A stretch of DNA of 64,000 nucleotides from Myxococcota bacterium (lineage in GTDB: Bacteria > Myxococcota_A > UBA9160 > SZUA-336). Positions 18,161 to 28,326 of this stretch are shown here, in pieces. The notes beneath the pieces are model-generated. The model ran no database searches, was not told where the DNA came from, and worked only from the letters and a program-made list of their open reading frames with translations. The first letter of the stretch is position 1, and each line of letters opens with the position of its first letter. The DNA lies in contig CBDFGR010000002.1 of the NCBI GenBank assembly GCA_965247115.1, positions 1,824,001 through 1,888,000 of the forward strand, given 5' to 3'. Both the position numbers and the translations under genes were made by a program.

Positions 18161-19537
18161 ATGGTCGACCGTGAAGCGACCTCCTTCTCGAGGCGTAGAT
18201 TCCTGGAGGCCCTCACGGGAAGCGTGACCGGTGCTGCCCTGCTTGCCTCGGCCGACCTGGCGAGCGGAGCTACTGCTCCCGCGCCGGAGTCCGATACGGG
18301 CGTTGCCGAGCCTGGCGATGAGGTGTACTGGCGTTGGGTGGCGGATCAGTTTCTGATTCCGGACGACCTCGCCTACATGAACACGGGGACCCGAGGACCC
18401 TCGCCCCGAAGCGTGGTCCAGGCGCAGGTAGAGGCGATCCGTCAGGCCGACACCGATCGACTCAGCTATGCAACGTCCGTGCAGACCCCCGACTTCACCG
18501 CGCGACTCCGCGAGAAGATGGCGACGTACCTCGGCTGCAAGTCCAACGAGATCGCCTTCACGAACAATACGACGGAGGGGATGGCCTTCGGCACGAACGG
18601 TCCGGACTTGAACGCAGGCGACGAGGTGATCTGCACGAACCACGATCACACGAGCGGTGCCATGCCGGTCTACCTCAGGGCCGTCCGGCACGGTCTCGAG
18701 CCGGTGATGATCGACCTGTCCGACCCGAGCTACCATCCCCCGCGAGACCCGAGCGTGCTCATCAACGCGTTCGACGCGGTGATTACCCGTCGAACCAAGC
18801 TGATCAGCTTCTGCCACGTGAACTACACCGACGGCTGCGTGCTGCCCGTGAAGCAGATCTGCGAGCTGGCTCGCTCGCGGGGAATTCTAACCCTGGTCGA
18901 TGGAGCGCATCCGCCGGGCCTGATGAAGCTCGACCTGCACGATCTTGGTTGCGATATGTACGCGGGCGCGTGCCACAAGTGGATGCTCGCGTCGATGCTG
19001 ACCGGCTTCTTCTACGTTCGGGAGGACGTACAGGACCGGATCTGGCCCAGCATCTACTCCGGGCCCGTGAACGGGCTCAGCATGTACGGCGAGCCGGCGC
19101 TCGAGCGGTTCAAGTCGCAGTCCGAGACAGCGGCGCGCTACGAGCTGCGTGGCTCCGGAAGCTATCCCGCGCGCATGTCCATCGACGCTGCGCTGGACTT
19201 CCACAATCGCCTGACGCCTGCGGCAGTGGAAGCGCGGGATCGCTACCTCGCCCGGCGCGCCCGCGATGGCTTGCGCAAGCTCAACGGTGTATCGATCTAC
19301 GTGTCCGAAGAGCCCGAGCTGAGCAGCGGCGTGGTCTCATTCGCGCTGAAGGGCATCGAACCCAAGCGGCTCTCCGAGCTGCTCTGGGACCGGCATCGGA
19401 TCTGTATTCGCAACGTGACCCATCCCGAGATCGGCTGGGATGCGAACCGAGCCTGTCTGCATTTGATGGTGACGGCACCGCAGGTGGACGACCTGATTGG
19501 CGCCGTCGATGAGGTCGCCAGGGAGATCGGCGCGTAG
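18161..19537 (+). CDS. Class V PLP-dependent enzyme (isopenicillin N epimerase/cysteine desulfurase-like), Tat-exported
   Basis: SRRRFL Tat motif; LVDGAH; ACHKW PLP lysine. Confidence 0.9.
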   Translation: MVDREATSFSRRRFLEALTGSVTGAALLASADLASGATAPAPESDTGVAEPGDEVYWRWVADQFLIPDDLAYMNTGTRGPSPRSVVQAQVEAIRQADTDRLSYATSVQTPDFTARLREKMATYLGCKSNEIAFTNNTTEGMAFGTNGPDLNAGDEVICTNHDHTSGAMPVYLRAVRHGLEPVMIDLSDPSYHPPRDPSVLINAFDAVITRRTKLISFCHVNYTDGCVLPVKQICELARSRGILTLVDGAHPPGLMKLDLHDLGCDMYAGACHKWMLASMLTGFFYVREDVQDRIWPSIYSGPVNGLSMYGEPALERFKSQSETAARYELRGSGSYPARMSIDAALDFHNRLTPAAVEARDRYLARRARDGLRKLNGVSIYVSEEPELSSGVVSFALKGIEPKRLSELLWDRHRICIRNVTHPEIGWDANRACLHLMVTAPQVDDLIGAVDEVAREIGA

Positions 19538-19544
19538 CAGCCCG

Positions 19545-19994
19545 TCAGTCCGGGACCGCGGCCCAGCACTCGATCTCGACCCTGGCCCCGAGCGCCAGCC
19601 CGCTCGCAGCGAACGTGCTCCGAGCGGGTTTGGGGCCGGGGAAGTGTTTGACGTAGGTTGCGTTCATCGCCGCATAGTCCACGATGTCCGCCAGCATTAC
19701 CGTGCACTTGACGACCGTGTCTAGCGAGGCACCGTTCGCCTTCAGCAGCTGGCTGATGTTCTGTAGCGCCTGGTCCGTCTCGGCCTCGATTCCGCCTGAG
19801 ACCAGCGTTGGCGTGCCAGGCTCGGTGCCGAGCGCCCCGGAGAGGTAGAGCATGTTGCCGACGCGGACCCCATCCGAAAAGGGCCGATCCGGCGCGTCCT
19901 CCGGGGCAAGGAACTCGACGAGCGAGTCGTTGGCGTATGCCGTTGGAGCCCCGATCAAGAGCGCACCGATCCCGATCACGATTCGCAAGAACAT
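19545..19994 (-). CDS. RidA family imine deaminase with signal peptide
   Basis: PFSDGVRVGNMLYLSG, PARST (catalytic Arg) and VEIEC. Confidence 0.88.
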   Translation of the reverse strand: MFLRIVIGIGALLIGAPTAYANDSLVEFLAPEDAPDRPFSDGVRVGNMLYLSGALGTEPGTPTLVSGGIEAETDQALQNISQLLKANGASLDTVVKCTVMLADIVDYAAMNATYVKHFPGPKPARSTFAASGLALGARVEIECWAAVPD

Positions 19995-20008
19995 TGTTGG
20001 CACCTCAA

Positions 20009-21196
20009 CTAGTAGGCGTACTGGTCGACGCGAGACTGCGCCTGGGAGAGACCCTTGCCCCGGATTGGAACTGGATCGAGCCAGGCATCCACAGCCCGTC
20101 TCTCGTAGCCGAAGCGTAGCTGGGCGGACTGCAGCTTCGTTGCGTCGAGCCACTCGCCCTCCCGGTACGGAACCGGGAAGCCCAGGCCGTTCAGCGTGTA
20201 GCCGTAGACACGACACAGGTGCTCGCCCTCCTCGAAGTCTCCCACGTAGGAGACCCAGGGGGTCTCGATGCGCAGCGTCTCGCGCAGCTGCTTCTGCAGC
20301 GAAGCGATCACGTTGCCTTTGTCCCAGTCCGGGATGGCGCGCTCCACGAACGTCTTTCCGCCCGGCAGGGACCACTGGCCCGGCTCCTCCTGGACGAGAA
20401 AGAACTCCGGTCCCTCTTCCCCGGCGCGCTCCAGCGCCAGCCGGGTGGTCTCGATCTTCCTGTCGCTGTGCACTGCCAGGAGCCTCCTCCCTTGTGGTGA
20501 CAGGGCTTTGTAGACGTTGTCGTCGTACAGGAAGTAGCCGGTTGCGGGCGGCGACTTCGCGCCAGCGTACTTGTTGAAGATCCCTACCCGGTGCCGTCCT
20601 GAGCGGTTGGGGTCAGCGCGGTGCCAGGTATGCATGTTCACGAGGAGCAGATCGCCGCGCTCGAGCTCCGGGTCGACGAAGTCGGAGTCTGCTGGGGTGA
20701 TCGCGGGACGGACGCAGAGCGCACGCTCGCCGCCGTCGTAGACCCGATCTAGGCGATGCGAGCCCCGAGCAACGAGGAGTGGTCCGATCTCTGCGTCGTA
20801 GTCGCAGAACGGGACGATCGCGAACAGCCAGTTCATCGACGAGCCAACCGGACGCCAGCGCTTGTAGTCGTTGTGCGGGGGAAGACCGGCACCACCGGGT
20901 GTGCGGTCGTACACCACGAACGCGGTCAACCGCGCCGAATCCCCCAGCAGCTGCTCCGCCACCGGCACGATTGCGGGATGCTCGGCAACGAACGCGAGAT
21001 CCGGATCCTTCAGGCAGTTGTTCGCAAGCGTGTAGCGCCCAGGCTCCGGATACTCGAGCTTCTGAAGCTTGCCATCGAGGGGCGGGTTCCGTGCGAAGCC
21101 GCGCTCCATCCGCTCGATGTCTGCCGCTGGAATCTGACCGCGCAGCACCAGGAAGCCGTCGCGTTCGTACGCAGCGAGCTGGTCGGCTGTGAGCAT
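20009..21196 (-). CDS. PhyH-family Fe(II)/2OG dioxygenase with a C-terminal NUDIX-like domain
   Basis: YERDGFLV; HND and distal WHR iron ligands; C-terminal WSLPGG..LRETL. Confidence 0.8.
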   Translation of the reverse strand: MLTADQLAAYERDGFLVLRGQIPAADIERMERGFARNPPLDGKLQKLEYPEPGRYTLANNCLKDPDLAFVAEHPAIVPVAEQLLGDSARLTAFVVYDRTPGGAGLPPHNDYKRWRPVGSSMNWLFAIVPFCDYDAEIGPLLVARGSHRLDRVYDGGERALCVRPAITPADSDFVDPELERGDLLLVNMHTWHRADPNRSGRHRVGIFNKYAGAKSPPATGYFLYDDNVYKALSPQGRRLLAVHSDRKIETTRLALERAGEEGPEFFLVQEEPGQWSLPGGKTFVERAIPDWDKGNVIASLQKQLRETLRIETPWVSYVGDFEEGEHLCRVYGYTLNGLGFPVPYREGEWLDATKLQSAQLRFGYERRAVDAWLDPVPIRGKGLSQAQSRVDQYAY

Positions 21197-21271
21197 CGCA
21201 GGCGATTCTAGCAGTGAAAGGCGCCCTCAAGCGCGGAGGGGCGCTGACCAGCTAAGATAGGACGTACGAAG

Positions 21272-21754
21272 ATGCCAGAAACGTCCGATGATCGGGTCTC
21301 CTCTACGCTCGAGGTCTCGCACGAGGACTCGGCCCTGAGCCGCCTGGACGGGGAGTTCGAGAGCGACTCGGTCTCGGCGCTGTTCGGCTCGCTCGGCCGC
21401 TCGGGCAAGTGGCTGGTGCCCGACTACCTGACCGCCCGGGCTCACTTCGGCGAGGTGAAGCTCGACTTCCGCGAGGCGAGCCTGCCGTCGAGCGGGATCG
21501 TCGAAGTCGAGGCCACCGCTGTCTTCGGCTCGATCAAGCTCATCGTTCCCGTGGGTACCCAGGTCGAGATGGAGAGTGTCTGGTCTGCCTTCGGAGAGAT
21601 CGGCCACAAAAAGGGTTGGTTCCGCCTGCGCTCGTTCCTGCGGCGCTTCGTAACCGGCGAGGAGGAGGAGGAGCCGGAACCGGAGCACGAGCCCTTCGTC
21701 CTGCGCGTAACCGGAAGAGCCATTTTCGGCGAGGTCGTCGCTTCGACCGGCTAA
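21272..21754 (+). CDS. LiaF/DUF2154-like domain protein
   Basis: Repeated FG-x-V-x-L beta motifs (ALFGS, HFGEVKLDFREA, VFGSIKLIVP). Confidence 0.7.
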   Translation: MPETSDDRVSSTLEVSHEDSALSRLDGEFESDSVSALFGSLGRSGKWLVPDYLTARAHFGEVKLDFREASLPSSGIVEVEATAVFGSIKLIVPVGTQVEMESVWSAFGEIGHKKGWFRLRSFLRRFVTGEEEEEPEPEHEPFVLRVTGRAIFGEVVASTG

Positions 21755-21809
21755 GGACTGCCCACTCGCGAGCGCGAGGCCTTGTACCACAGGACTGAGG
21801 GAGGTACGG

Positions 21810-22790
21810 ATGAAGGAGTTTGACGGGAAGCTGGCGGTGGTTACGGGCGGCGGTACCGGCATGGGGCGGGAGCTCGCGCGCCAGCTCGCGAATGCGGGCT
21901 GTCACCTGGCCATCTGCGACGTGAACGCGGAGAACATGGAAGCGACGAAGAAGGCCTGCGAGGAGCAAGCTCCGGCGGGAACGCGCATCACTGCGCACGT
22001 GTGCGACGTGTCCGACGAGGCGCAGGTCCGGTCGTTCTGCGCTGCCGTGAAGCAGCAGCACCAGACTGAGCAGATCAACCTGCTCTTCAACAACGCCGGC
22101 ATCGGTGGCGGCGGCAGCTTTCTCGAAGACCATCGGGACGAGTGGGACAAGACCTTTGATGTGTGCTGGTCCGGCGTCTACTACTGCGCTCGCGCGTTCA
22201 TGCCGCTGCTCGTAGCCAGCAGCGAAGGGCACATCATCAACACGAGCAGCGTGAACGGCTTCTGGGCCTCCCTGGGTCCGATGACTGCCCACACGGCGTA
22301 CAGCGCCGCGAAGTTCGCGGTCAAGGGGTTCTCGGAAGCGCTGCTGACGGATCTTCGATTGAATGCGCCCCACGTGAAGGTGTCGGTAGTGATGCCCGGG
22401 CACATTGGCACTTCGATCGTCGAGAACTCGCAGCGGGTGCTCGGGCAACCCAGCCCAAAGGAGATGACCGAGGAGGACCTCGACGAGGTGCGCCGTCAGC
22501 TGAAGCGCCGGGGACTCCCGGAAGATGCGCTCAGCGATCAGCAGCTCGTGGAAGCGCTCCAGCAGCGGATGGACGACTTCCGAAACAAGGCTCCACTGAC
22601 CGCTGCGCAGGCCGCGACGATCATTCTCGACGGAGTCCGGGCCGAGCGCTGGCGGATCCTGGTGGGCGAAGACGCGCAGACCATCGATCGCCTGGTGCGA
22701 GAGGCTCCCGAGGAGGCCTACGAGCCATCGCTCTACCAGAAGCTGCAGGCAGCCGGGACCTTCGCGGCATTGGGCTCGCTCGGCGAGTAG
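21810..22790 (+). CDS. Short-chain dehydrogenase/reductase
   Basis: TGGGTGMG, NNAG, YSAAK. Confidence 0.95.
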   Translation: MKEFDGKLAVVTGGGTGMGRELARQLANAGCHLAICDVNAENMEATKKACEEQAPAGTRITAHVCDVSDEAQVRSFCAAVKQQHQTEQINLLFNNAGIGGGGSFLEDHRDEWDKTFDVCWSGVYYCARAFMPLLVASSEGHIINTSSVNGFWASLGPMTAHTAYSAAKFAVKGFSEALLTDLRLNAPHVKVSVVMPGHIGTSIVENSQRVLGQPSPKEMTEEDLDEVRRQLKRRGLPEDALSDQQLVEALQQRMDDFRNKAPLTAAQAATIILDGVRAERWRILVGEDAQTIDRLVREAPEEAYEPSLYQKLQAAGTFAALGSLGE

Positions 22791-22813
22791 GGAAGCTGCG
22801 GTATAAAGGGGTC

Positions 22814-23854
22814 ATGAGAGTCGACTTCATGACCGGGCCCAGAGAGCTTCATGCGATACAGACCCTGGCGCGGGATGTGGAACGCGCCGGGTTCAGTGGC
22901 ATCACCTTCACAGAGGGTGGGAGGACCGCCTACCTGTCGGTGGCTGCGGCTGCGCTGGTGACCGAGCGGCTGGAGTTCACGACGGGGATTGCCGTCGCGT
23001 TTCCTCGCAGTCCCATGGTCACCGCTCAGATCGCCTGGGAGCTGCAGGAGGCGAGCCAGGGCCGCTTCCGGCTCGGCCTCGGCACGCAGGTGCGCGCGCA
23101 CATCACCCGCCGGTACGGGGTCGAGTTCGATCCGCCGGGGCCGCGCATGCGCGATTACATCGGTGCGATTCGCGCCATCTTCAAGGGGTTCCGAGGAGAG
23201 GAGCGCTTGAACCACCACGGTCCGTTCTACGACCTGACACTGCTCAATCCCATGTGGACGCCAGGGGATATCGACTATCCGACGCCTCCGATCGATGTTG
23301 CTGCAGTCGGACCCTACATGCTGCGGATGGCCGGAGAGCTTTGTGACGGGATTCACGTGCATCCCATGCATAGCATCGAGTACGTGACTCAGGTGCTACA
23401 GCCGGCGGTGGCCGATGGAGCGGGTCGAGTCGGCCGCGATCCATCCGAGGTGAAGCTCCTGGTACCGGTACTCACGATCGTCGGTAATAGCGAGGAAGAG
23501 AAGGCGGCCTCGCGCGCCTTCTGCCGCCAGCAGGTGGCCTTCTACGGCTCGACCCCGAACTACGCACTCCAGTTCGACCTGCTCGGGTTAGAGGGGACCA
23601 CGGACCGCATCCGCGAGCGCCAGAAGGCCGGCGATGTGCCCGGGATGGCGGAGGTCATCAGCGACGAGATCCTGGAGCACTTTACCGTGGAGGCGAAGTG
23701 GGACGAGCTCGCCGATCAGCTCGTTCAGCGCTACGGCGGACTGGCCGATCGGGTGACGCTGTACACCGCGGGAACGGAGTACGCCCGCGATCCCTCTTCG
23801 ATCGCTCGCTGGGGGGAGGTGGCCAAGGCCGCCTCGAGCGGCGCGCTCGGATGA
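22814..23854 (+). CDS. LLM-class F420-dependent oxidoreductase (TIGR03617-like)
   Basis: IAVAFPRSPM, GRFRLGLGTQVRAHITRRYG, FYGSTPNY. Confidence 0.9.
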   Translation: MRVDFMTGPRELHAIQTLARDVERAGFSGITFTEGGRTAYLSVAAAALVTERLEFTTGIAVAFPRSPMVTAQIAWELQEASQGRFRLGLGTQVRAHITRRYGVEFDPPGPRMRDYIGAIRAIFKGFRGEERLNHHGPFYDLTLLNPMWTPGDIDYPTPPIDVAAVGPYMLRMAGELCDGIHVHPMHSIEYVTQVLQPAVADGAGRVGRDPSEVKLLVPVLTIVGNSEEEKAASRAFCRQQVAFYGSTPNYALQFDLLGLEGTTDRIRERQKAGDVPGMAEVISDEILEHFTVEAKWDELADQLVQRYGGLADRVTLYTAGTEYARDPSSIARWGEVAKAASSGALG

Positions 23855-23880
23855 AGCTCGGGCTACGGCGGATGCCAGTG

Positions 23881-24747
23881 CTAGATCCTGCCGGCGTTGA
23901 TGACCGGCTGGGCCTCGGCCTCGCCGCAGAGGATCACTAGCAGGTTGCTCACCATCGCGGCTTTCCGGTCCTCGTCCAGGGCTACGACCCCGGTGGCCTC
24001 GAGGTTCCGGAGAGCCAGGTCGACCATGCTGACCGCTCCGTCGACGATCTTGCGTCGCGCTGCCAGTACAGCCTCGGCCTGCTGGCGCTTGAGCATCACG
24101 CTCGCGATCTCCGGGGCGTACGCCAGGTGGTTGAGCCGCGCTTCGGTGATCTTGACGCCTGCCTTCCCGACGCGATCCTGGAGCTCCTTCAGCAGCGCCG
24201 CGTTCACGGGCTCCCCGCCGCGCAGCGTGACCACTGCATCGTCTTCGTCCTCGCCGTGATCGTAGGCGTACTGGCCGGCAAGCGCGCGCACCGCAGAGTC
24301 GCTCTGGAGCTTGACGAAGTGCTCGCAGTCGTCGACGTCGAACATGGCCTTGGCCGTGTCGGCGATGCGCCAGACGACGATCGCGGAGATCTCGATCGGG
24401 TTTCCCTGCTTGTCGTTGACCTTCAGGGTCTCGCCGTCGAGGTTGCGCAGCCGAAGCGAGAGCCGCTGCTTTGTCTGGAAGGGGTTCGTCCAGCGGAAGC
24501 CCTCGTCGCGCGAAGTCCCGACGTAATCCCCGAACAGGATAAGCAGGCGGGCCTCGTTCGGCTGTAGTGTGAAGAAGCCGCCGCACGAGATCGATGCGAG
24601 CGTGATGGCCACGGAGCCGACGACGAAGGGCGGAATCTGTCCCCACTGTGCTCCGAGCCAGTAGCACCAGCCCGAGGAGCCGAACAGGACAATCGTGACG
24701 AACAGCATGATCCATCCACTCTGCGTGTTTACCGAGCGTTCCGTCAT
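23881..24747 (-). CDS. SPFH/Band 7 domain protein
   Basis: LKVNDKQGNPIEI, HLAYAPEIA, MVSNLLVILC. Confidence 0.92.
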   Translation of the reverse strand: MTERSVNTQSGWIMLFVTIVLFGSSGWCYWLGAQWGQIPPFVVGSVAITLASISCGGFFTLQPNEARLLILFGDYVGTSRDEGFRWTNPFQTKQRLSLRLRNLDGETLKVNDKQGNPIEISAIVVWRIADTAKAMFDVDDCEHFVKLQSDSAVRALAGQYAYDHGEDEDDAVVTLRGGEPVNAALLKELQDRVGKAGVKITEARLNHLAYAPEIASVMLKRQQAEAVLAARRKIVDGAVSMVDLALRNLEATGVVALDEDRKAAMVSNLLVILCGEAEAQPVINAGRI

Positions 24748-24868
24748 CGCGTCTCCTCAGGGCCAGGTGAGCGGTCCCACGCACCGTTTCGGCACGGAGC
24801 GGGGCTGCCTAGAGGCTCAGGTACAGGGTCGCCGGTGACGCTGGCTGATCACGCTGTCGCCAAGAGGC

Positions 24869-27274
24869 CTAGAACAGCACCTTGTCGTTGCGGAGCTGGG
24901 CGATCTGCTCCGAGGAGTAGCCCAGGATCCTGGTCAGCACCTCTTCGGTGTCTGCTCCGAGAACGGGGGCTGCGGAGCGCACGCCATTCGGGCGCCTGCG
25001 AAGCCGCCATGGGATTCCCGTGTGCGTTTGCGTGCCCACCTCGGGATGCGGGAGCCGCTCCAGAAACCCGCGCTCGTTCAAGTGCGCATCCTCGGCGACG
25101 TCTTTCGGGGTGAAGCTCGGGAACGCTGCGACGCCCACTGCCTGCAGCGCGCGCGTCACCTCCCAGCGGTCTCGCTCCAGGGTCCAGGCCCCGATGCGCT
25201 TCTCGAGCTCGTCCTCGTTGGCCTTGCGCTCGGCGTGGTTCCGGAAGCGGGGGTCGTCTGCCAGCGTCGGATCCACGACCCCGCACAGGGCGCGCCATTC
25301 GTCGTCGTCGGCACACGCGATGGAGACCCAGTCGTCCTCGCCCCTGCACTTGAAGCAGCCATGCGGAGACATCCAGCGGTCGCGGTTGCCCGCGCGCTCG
25401 GGCTGGCTGGCGTTCATGGCGTACTCCATCCACGCTTCGGGTGTGAGCGCGGCCGTCGCCTCCCAGAGCGAGATGTCGAGGCGCTCGCCTTCGCCCGTCA
25501 TCTCGCGCTTCTGAAGCGCGGCGCAGACGGCGAAAGCCGATGTGATACCGGCGGTCGGGTCGGGCATCGAGATCCCGATCTCGCTCGGACCGCCGCCGAC
25601 GAACCCGGTGGTCGCGGCGAGCCCGGTCAGCGGGGGGATCGCTGGCCCGTAGCCCATGTAGCCCCGGTACGGACCGGTCTGACCATAGCCGGTGATGCTC
25701 GCAAGGATGATCCTTGAATTGACATCCCGCAGCACCTCGTAGCCGATGCCCAGGCGATCCATGACACCCGTCGCAAAGTTCTCGACGACGACGTCGCTCC
25801 TGGCCACGACGTCTTTCAGCAGCTCGACTGCGCTCGGCTCGCTCAAGTTGAGCGCCACGCTCTTCTTGCCCTGGTTCCACTGGTTGAACATGCCGGAGCG
25901 GTTCAGCCCGTCCTCCGTCCCTGGGCGGAGGATCGGTATTCGTCGGTAGAGATCGGGTCGCCCTTCGGACTCGAAGCGGATCACCTCGGCGCCCAGATGC
26001 GCCAGGTTCATGGCGCAGAACGGGCCCGCCCACGCCCAGCTCAGGTCCACGACCCGGATCCCGTCGAGCGGAAGTCGAACGTCACCGAACTCATGGTGTC
26101 GCTCGCGCGGCTGCGAGCGACCCCCCAGCAGCTCGTCGTTGTGCTCTCCGCGAAGCGGCGCAGCCCGCCGTATCGGTGGTCCGCCCTCTCGGGTCCGGAT
26201 CGGAGAGCCGAGGTACCGGAGGCGCCCGGCGCGCGGATGCTCCGCCTCAAGAAGGAACTCCCGCGCCCGAAGATGCTCAGACTCGGATATCTGCGCGAGG
26301 CTCATCACGGGCGCGAAGCAGATCCGGTGCTTCTGTCCCTGGTGGTACAGCTCATCGACAGTACGCTCTCCGACCCATTCCTGCACGAAGCCGTGGACCA
26401 GATCCTGATTCTCTGCACGTCCGGGTATGTCCGCGAACACGTCGAGCTTGCTCTACTCGGGGCGTCCCATGAGCTCGACCAGCCGCTCCCACTGGTCCTG
26501 TTCGACGCAGACGAGGAAGATGGGCCCATCGGAGGCCTCGAAGATGGACCATGGAACCAGCATGCGTGGGGCGTAGCGGGTGGCCACGATCTCCGCGTAG
26601 GTGTAGTGCGGCACTCCGTTCTCGAGCACAGAGGCGACGTACTCCTGGATCGACAAGTCAATGTGCTCGCCGATGCCCGTTCGTACCGCGTCGAAGTACG
26701 CTGCCATCGCCGCCGTCGCCCCAGCGACCGCCGCACCGAAGTTGCACTGCTGTCCGAATACCCTGAGCGGTGGCAGATCCGTGCGTCCCGTCGCGGCCGG
26801 ACACAGGTTCGCCCAGCCCCCCGCGTTCGAGAGCGTCAGCTCCTCGGCCCGAAAGTCGCGATAGGGTCCTGTGATCCCGAACGGCGTAAGCGAGAGGACC
26901 ACCAGGTCTTGACGACGTGCCTCGAGAGCGGCGGGTGCAAGGCCGAGCTCTTCGGCGCGGGCGCGAGGGTAGTTGTGGATCAGGATGTCGGCCCAGTCGA
27001 TCAGCCGCGCGAGCTGCGTGCGACCGCCCGGATCATCCAGGTCCAGGTCCACGCCGCGCTTGTTCTTGTTCAGTGCGAGGAAGAGACCGCTCTGCTCGGG
27101 ATCGAGCTCGTCGCCGGGGAACGGCCCTCGGTGCCGCGTCTGATCCCCGAGCGCATCCTCGACCTTGACGACGTCCGCCCCCTGATCCGCGAGCAGCCCC
27201 GCGGCGTGCGCTGCCGACACGCCGGACCCGAGCTCCAGAACACGTACCTCGCCCATCGAGCTCGCAGCTCCCAT
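24869..27274 (-). pseudogene. Two-domain CaiB/BaiF (family III) CoA transferase interrupted by an in-frame TAG
   Basis: ORFs 26453..27295 and 24869..26440 share a frame; GRPE-TAG-SKLDVF sits where GRPEW is expected. Confidence 0.8.
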
Positions 27275-27327
27275 CGTCCGCACATGATACGCCACAACGG
27301 GTTATGCTGGCCGCAAGGAGGCGCTCC

Positions 27328-28326
27328 GTGACCCGCGTTCGCACGACCACCGTTGGCAGCTGGCCCATCCCCTTCGGTCAGCGACTGGAACTCAAGCGCT
27401 ACTACCAGGGTGAGCTCAGCGATGCTGAAGCGGACGACGTGCTGCGCGCGGCCGCCAGGATCGCGATGGATGAGCAGATCGCGTGTGGACTCGATCAGAT
27501 CATGGGAGGCGAGGTCTTCGCGCCCGACTTCGTGCACCAGGTCCCGCCCCGACTCGCGGGCCTGAAGACGATTCACCGGCGTGACCCGGGTAAGGGTCAG
27601 GAGGGAATCGGTCGGTACGAGATCAGCGGAGATGTATCTGCGCCGAAGGGCACCGGGCACGCGCTCGGGTTCCGGCGCGAGCGCTCGATGGAGCCCCGCC
27701 TCGACAAGGCAGCCATTCCCTCACCACTGACCATGACACTCTCCTTCGATGACGACGTCCGGCTCGCGGACCAGATGGAGAACATCGCACGCATGGTCGA
27801 GGTCGAGGTTCTCGACATGGTGGCCGCCGGCGCCCGCGAGGTACAGCTCGACGCGCCATCCGAGGCCCTCGCAATGGCGCACCAGACCGCGCCGGTTCCC
27901 GAAATCGTGCGCTGGCTTACCTTCCCGTTCCGCTCCCGACCCGAGGTCCGCCGCTCGGTCCACTTCTGTCTCGGTGACATCTCCCGAAAGCCCACGACGC
28001 AGGTGCAGAACCTCCACTCCCTCATCCCGTTGCTCCAGGCGCTGGAGGGCGAGATCGACCGCGCGCACCTGGAGTGCTCGTACGCCGGACAGTGGGAGGA
28101 CCACGGACTGCTGTCTGAGGTGCCCGAGTCGATCGAGATCATCGCGGGCATCGCGGACGTGAAGTCGTCCCCCCAGCCCGTCGGTGAGCTTCGCGCGAAG
28201 ATCGACGCGCTCCTACAGGCCCTGCCGGAGAGCCGCCTGCTCGTCTCGTCCTCGTGCGGCTGCGGCCGAGTCCCACACGACGAGGCGATCCGCCTGATGC
28301 GAAACCTGGCGAAGGCGGCAGGCTAG
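27328..28326 (+). CDS. Cobalamin-independent methionine synthase II-like (single barrel) Zn protein
   Basis: TTTVGSWP, HFC and SSCGC zinc motifs; AAGGAGG RBS. Confidence 0.8.
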   Translation: MTRVRTTTVGSWPIPFGQRLELKRYYQGELSDAEADDVLRAAARIAMDEQIACGLDQIMGGEVFAPDFVHQVPPRLAGLKTIHRRDPGKGQEGIGRYEISGDVSAPKGTGHALGFRRERSMEPRLDKAAIPSPLTMTLSFDDDVRLADQMENIARMVEVEVLDMVAAGAREVQLDAPSEALAMAHQTAPVPEIVRWLTFPFRSRPEVRRSVHFCLGDISRKPTTQVQNLHSLIPLLQALEGEIDRAHLECSYAGQWEDHGLLSEVPESIEIIAGIADVKSSPQPVGELRAKIDALLQALPESRLLVSSSCGCGRVPHDEAIRLMRNLAKAAG

